Shown here piece by piece: positions 63,116 to 64,000 of a stretch of 64,000 nucleotides of DNA. Made by a program: the position numbers and the translations under genes. This stretch comes from an uncultured Chitinophaga sp. (GTDB lineage Bacteria; Bacteroidota; Bacteroidia; Chitinophagales; LD1), in contig CAZTNA010000011.1 in the NCBI GenBank assembly GCA_964615305.1, positions 13,023-77,022 on the forward strand. Reading direction: 5' to 3'. The notes beneath the pieces are model-generated. The model was not told the origin of the DNA. It made no database searches and worked only from the letters and a program-made list of their open reading frames with translations. Positions within the stretch are counted from its first letter, which is position 1; each line of letters opens with the position of its first letter.

Positions 63116-64000
63116 ATGGCAAAGTCAAAGTCGAAGAATAAGAAGACGGTTGCAAAGCCTAAAAAGGCAAAAGTAGCACCTAAGGCAAAAAGCAAGCCGG
63201 TGGCTAAAAAAACCACTAAACAGGTTAAAAAAGCAACCGTTAAAGCAAAAAAAGTATCTCCAAAAAAAGCCAAGCCTATAGCTAAGAAAAAGACAACAGC
63301 CAAGTCGGCATTGAAGAAAAAGATAGTAGTAAAAGGCAAAGCAAAGCCTGTAAAAAAGGTGTTGAAAAAAACAGCTGGGTCTAAGAAACCTTTGACTAAA
63401 AAAGTAGTAAAACCCGCCAAGGCTGTAAGCAAAAAGAAAGCGGTTAAAAAAGCGGTGGTGCAAAAACAACCCAAACCGGTAAAAGAGAAGCCCATAAAAG
63501 AGGTAGTTGTAAAAGTTCCGGGCAAAAAAGGAAGGCCGGCAAAGCCCGTTGAAAAACGCGTGGTAGTTCAAGCCGTAAAGCCCGAAGCTAAAACTTACTA
63601 TCACCCTATTGCAAAACCACAGCCTGCACCAAAGCCTGAACCTAAAAAAACAAAGAAACCAGTGATAGATTTGAACCTGCGCTACAGTGACGAAGAGCTA
63701 AAAGAATTTAAAGATCTGATAGACAAAAAACTTTCGGCTGCCCGTGAGGAGTTGAAGTACTTGAAAGATGCCTTGGATAATCACAACGATAGCCAGGCTG
63801 GAAACAAAGCATGGAACATGGAAGAAGGTACAGATACCTCTGAAATGGAAACTCTCATGAACCAGATTTCGCGTCAGCATCAATATATCCGCAATCTGGA
63901 ATTGGCACTGGTTCGTGTAGAAAATAAAACTTACGGTATCTGCCGTGTTACAGGAAAATTGATCCCTAAAGAGCGTTTACGCGTTGTTCCTCATGCTACA
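63116..64000 (+). CDS. DksA/TraR-family zinc-finger protein with a ~190-aa lysine/alanine/proline-rich histone-H1-like N-terminal extension (3' partial, runs off the window)
   Basis: My own translation; it is absent from the ORF track because there is no stop in the window. MAKSKSKNKKTVAKPKKAKVAPKAKSKPVAKK...KKTKKPVIDLNLRYSDEELKEFKDLIDKKLSAAREELKYLKDAL...NKTYGICRVTGKLIPKERLRVVPHAT. 885 nt are in frame from ATG 63116. Confidence 0.8.
   Translation, partial: MAKSKSKNKKTVAKPKKAKVAPKAKSKPVAKKTTKQVKKATVKAKKVSPKKAKPIAKKKTTAKSALKKKIVVKGKAKPVKKVLKKTAGSKKPLTKKVVKPAKAVSKKKAVKKAVVQKQPKPVKEKPIKEVVVKVPGKKGRPAKPVEKRVVVQAVKPEAKTYYHPIAKPQPAPKPEPKKTKKPVIDLNLRYSDEELKEFKDLIDKKLSAAREELKYLKDALDNHNDSQAGNKAWNMEEGTDTSEMETLMNQISRQHQYIRNLELALVRVENKTYGICRVTGKLIPKERLRVVPHAT

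Noticed and set aside
63061-63604. Two long minus-strand ORFs (154 and 159 aa), Phe/Leu/Gly-rich, in the ORF track
   Set aside because: They are the antisense of a Lys-rich (AAA/AAG) coding region, so the low-complexity TTT/CTT codons stay open by composition. The + strand gives a coherent H1-like/DksA protein.

Overview
This 64-kb window reads as a Bacteroidota chromosome segment. Evidence: many signal-peptide proteins end in T9SS type A or type B sorting domains, SprB-type Cys/Gly repeats are present, and TTG / TAnnTTTG promoter boxes occur. I found no rRNA, tRNA or CRISPR array by eye. The window has two parts. (1) Positions 1 to about 22,550 form an accessory island that looks more AT-rich, judged from a few hand-counted 60-nt lines only. 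It contains gene remnants, an excisionase-like HTH gene and an unusual RecB/TM0106-like nuclease fused to an IS66-type DDE transposase, with a frameshift near its 5' end. It also holds a 1224-aa orphan secreted protein, about 440 nt of non-coding sequence closed by a strong terminator, and a HEPN-like (R-x4-H) helical protein. Further along are a truncated DUF3800 gene and a tight four-gene cassette: exported Endonuclease_NS nuclease, membrane-anchored cPLA2/patatin-like lipase, a helical exported protein and a small helical protein. A 3-TM protein, two T9SS cargo proteins and a double-HTH XRE regulator complete the island. About 55-75 bp from the 5' end of the XRE gene recurs at 10.06-10.14 kb. 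The island's right edge abuts a decayed 3'-5' exonuclease pseudogene. (2) Positions 22.87-64 kb look core-like. They carry two tandem beta-lactamase-fold hydrolases, hemolysin III, ComM/YifB, YebC and a run of giant surface proteins: an M4 protease with exact 225-bp tandem repeats, a tail-fibre-like protein and two T9SS type B proteins. Then come MFS and TetR genes, paaABCD without paaE, and a cyclic-nucleotide neighbourhood (two class III cyclases, an HD protein, a cNMP-binding protein and a TLC-like permease fused to HEAT repeats). The window ends with a solitary DNA methyltransferase and a DksA/TraR protein carrying a long histone-H1-like lysine-rich N-terminus. My best candidate for an undescribed system is the nuclease-lipase-helical-helical cassette at 10,289-14,057. 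The nuclease-IS66 fusion and the cNMP/TLC-HEAT cluster come next. All family assignments rest on motifs I recognise from memory; no searches were run.
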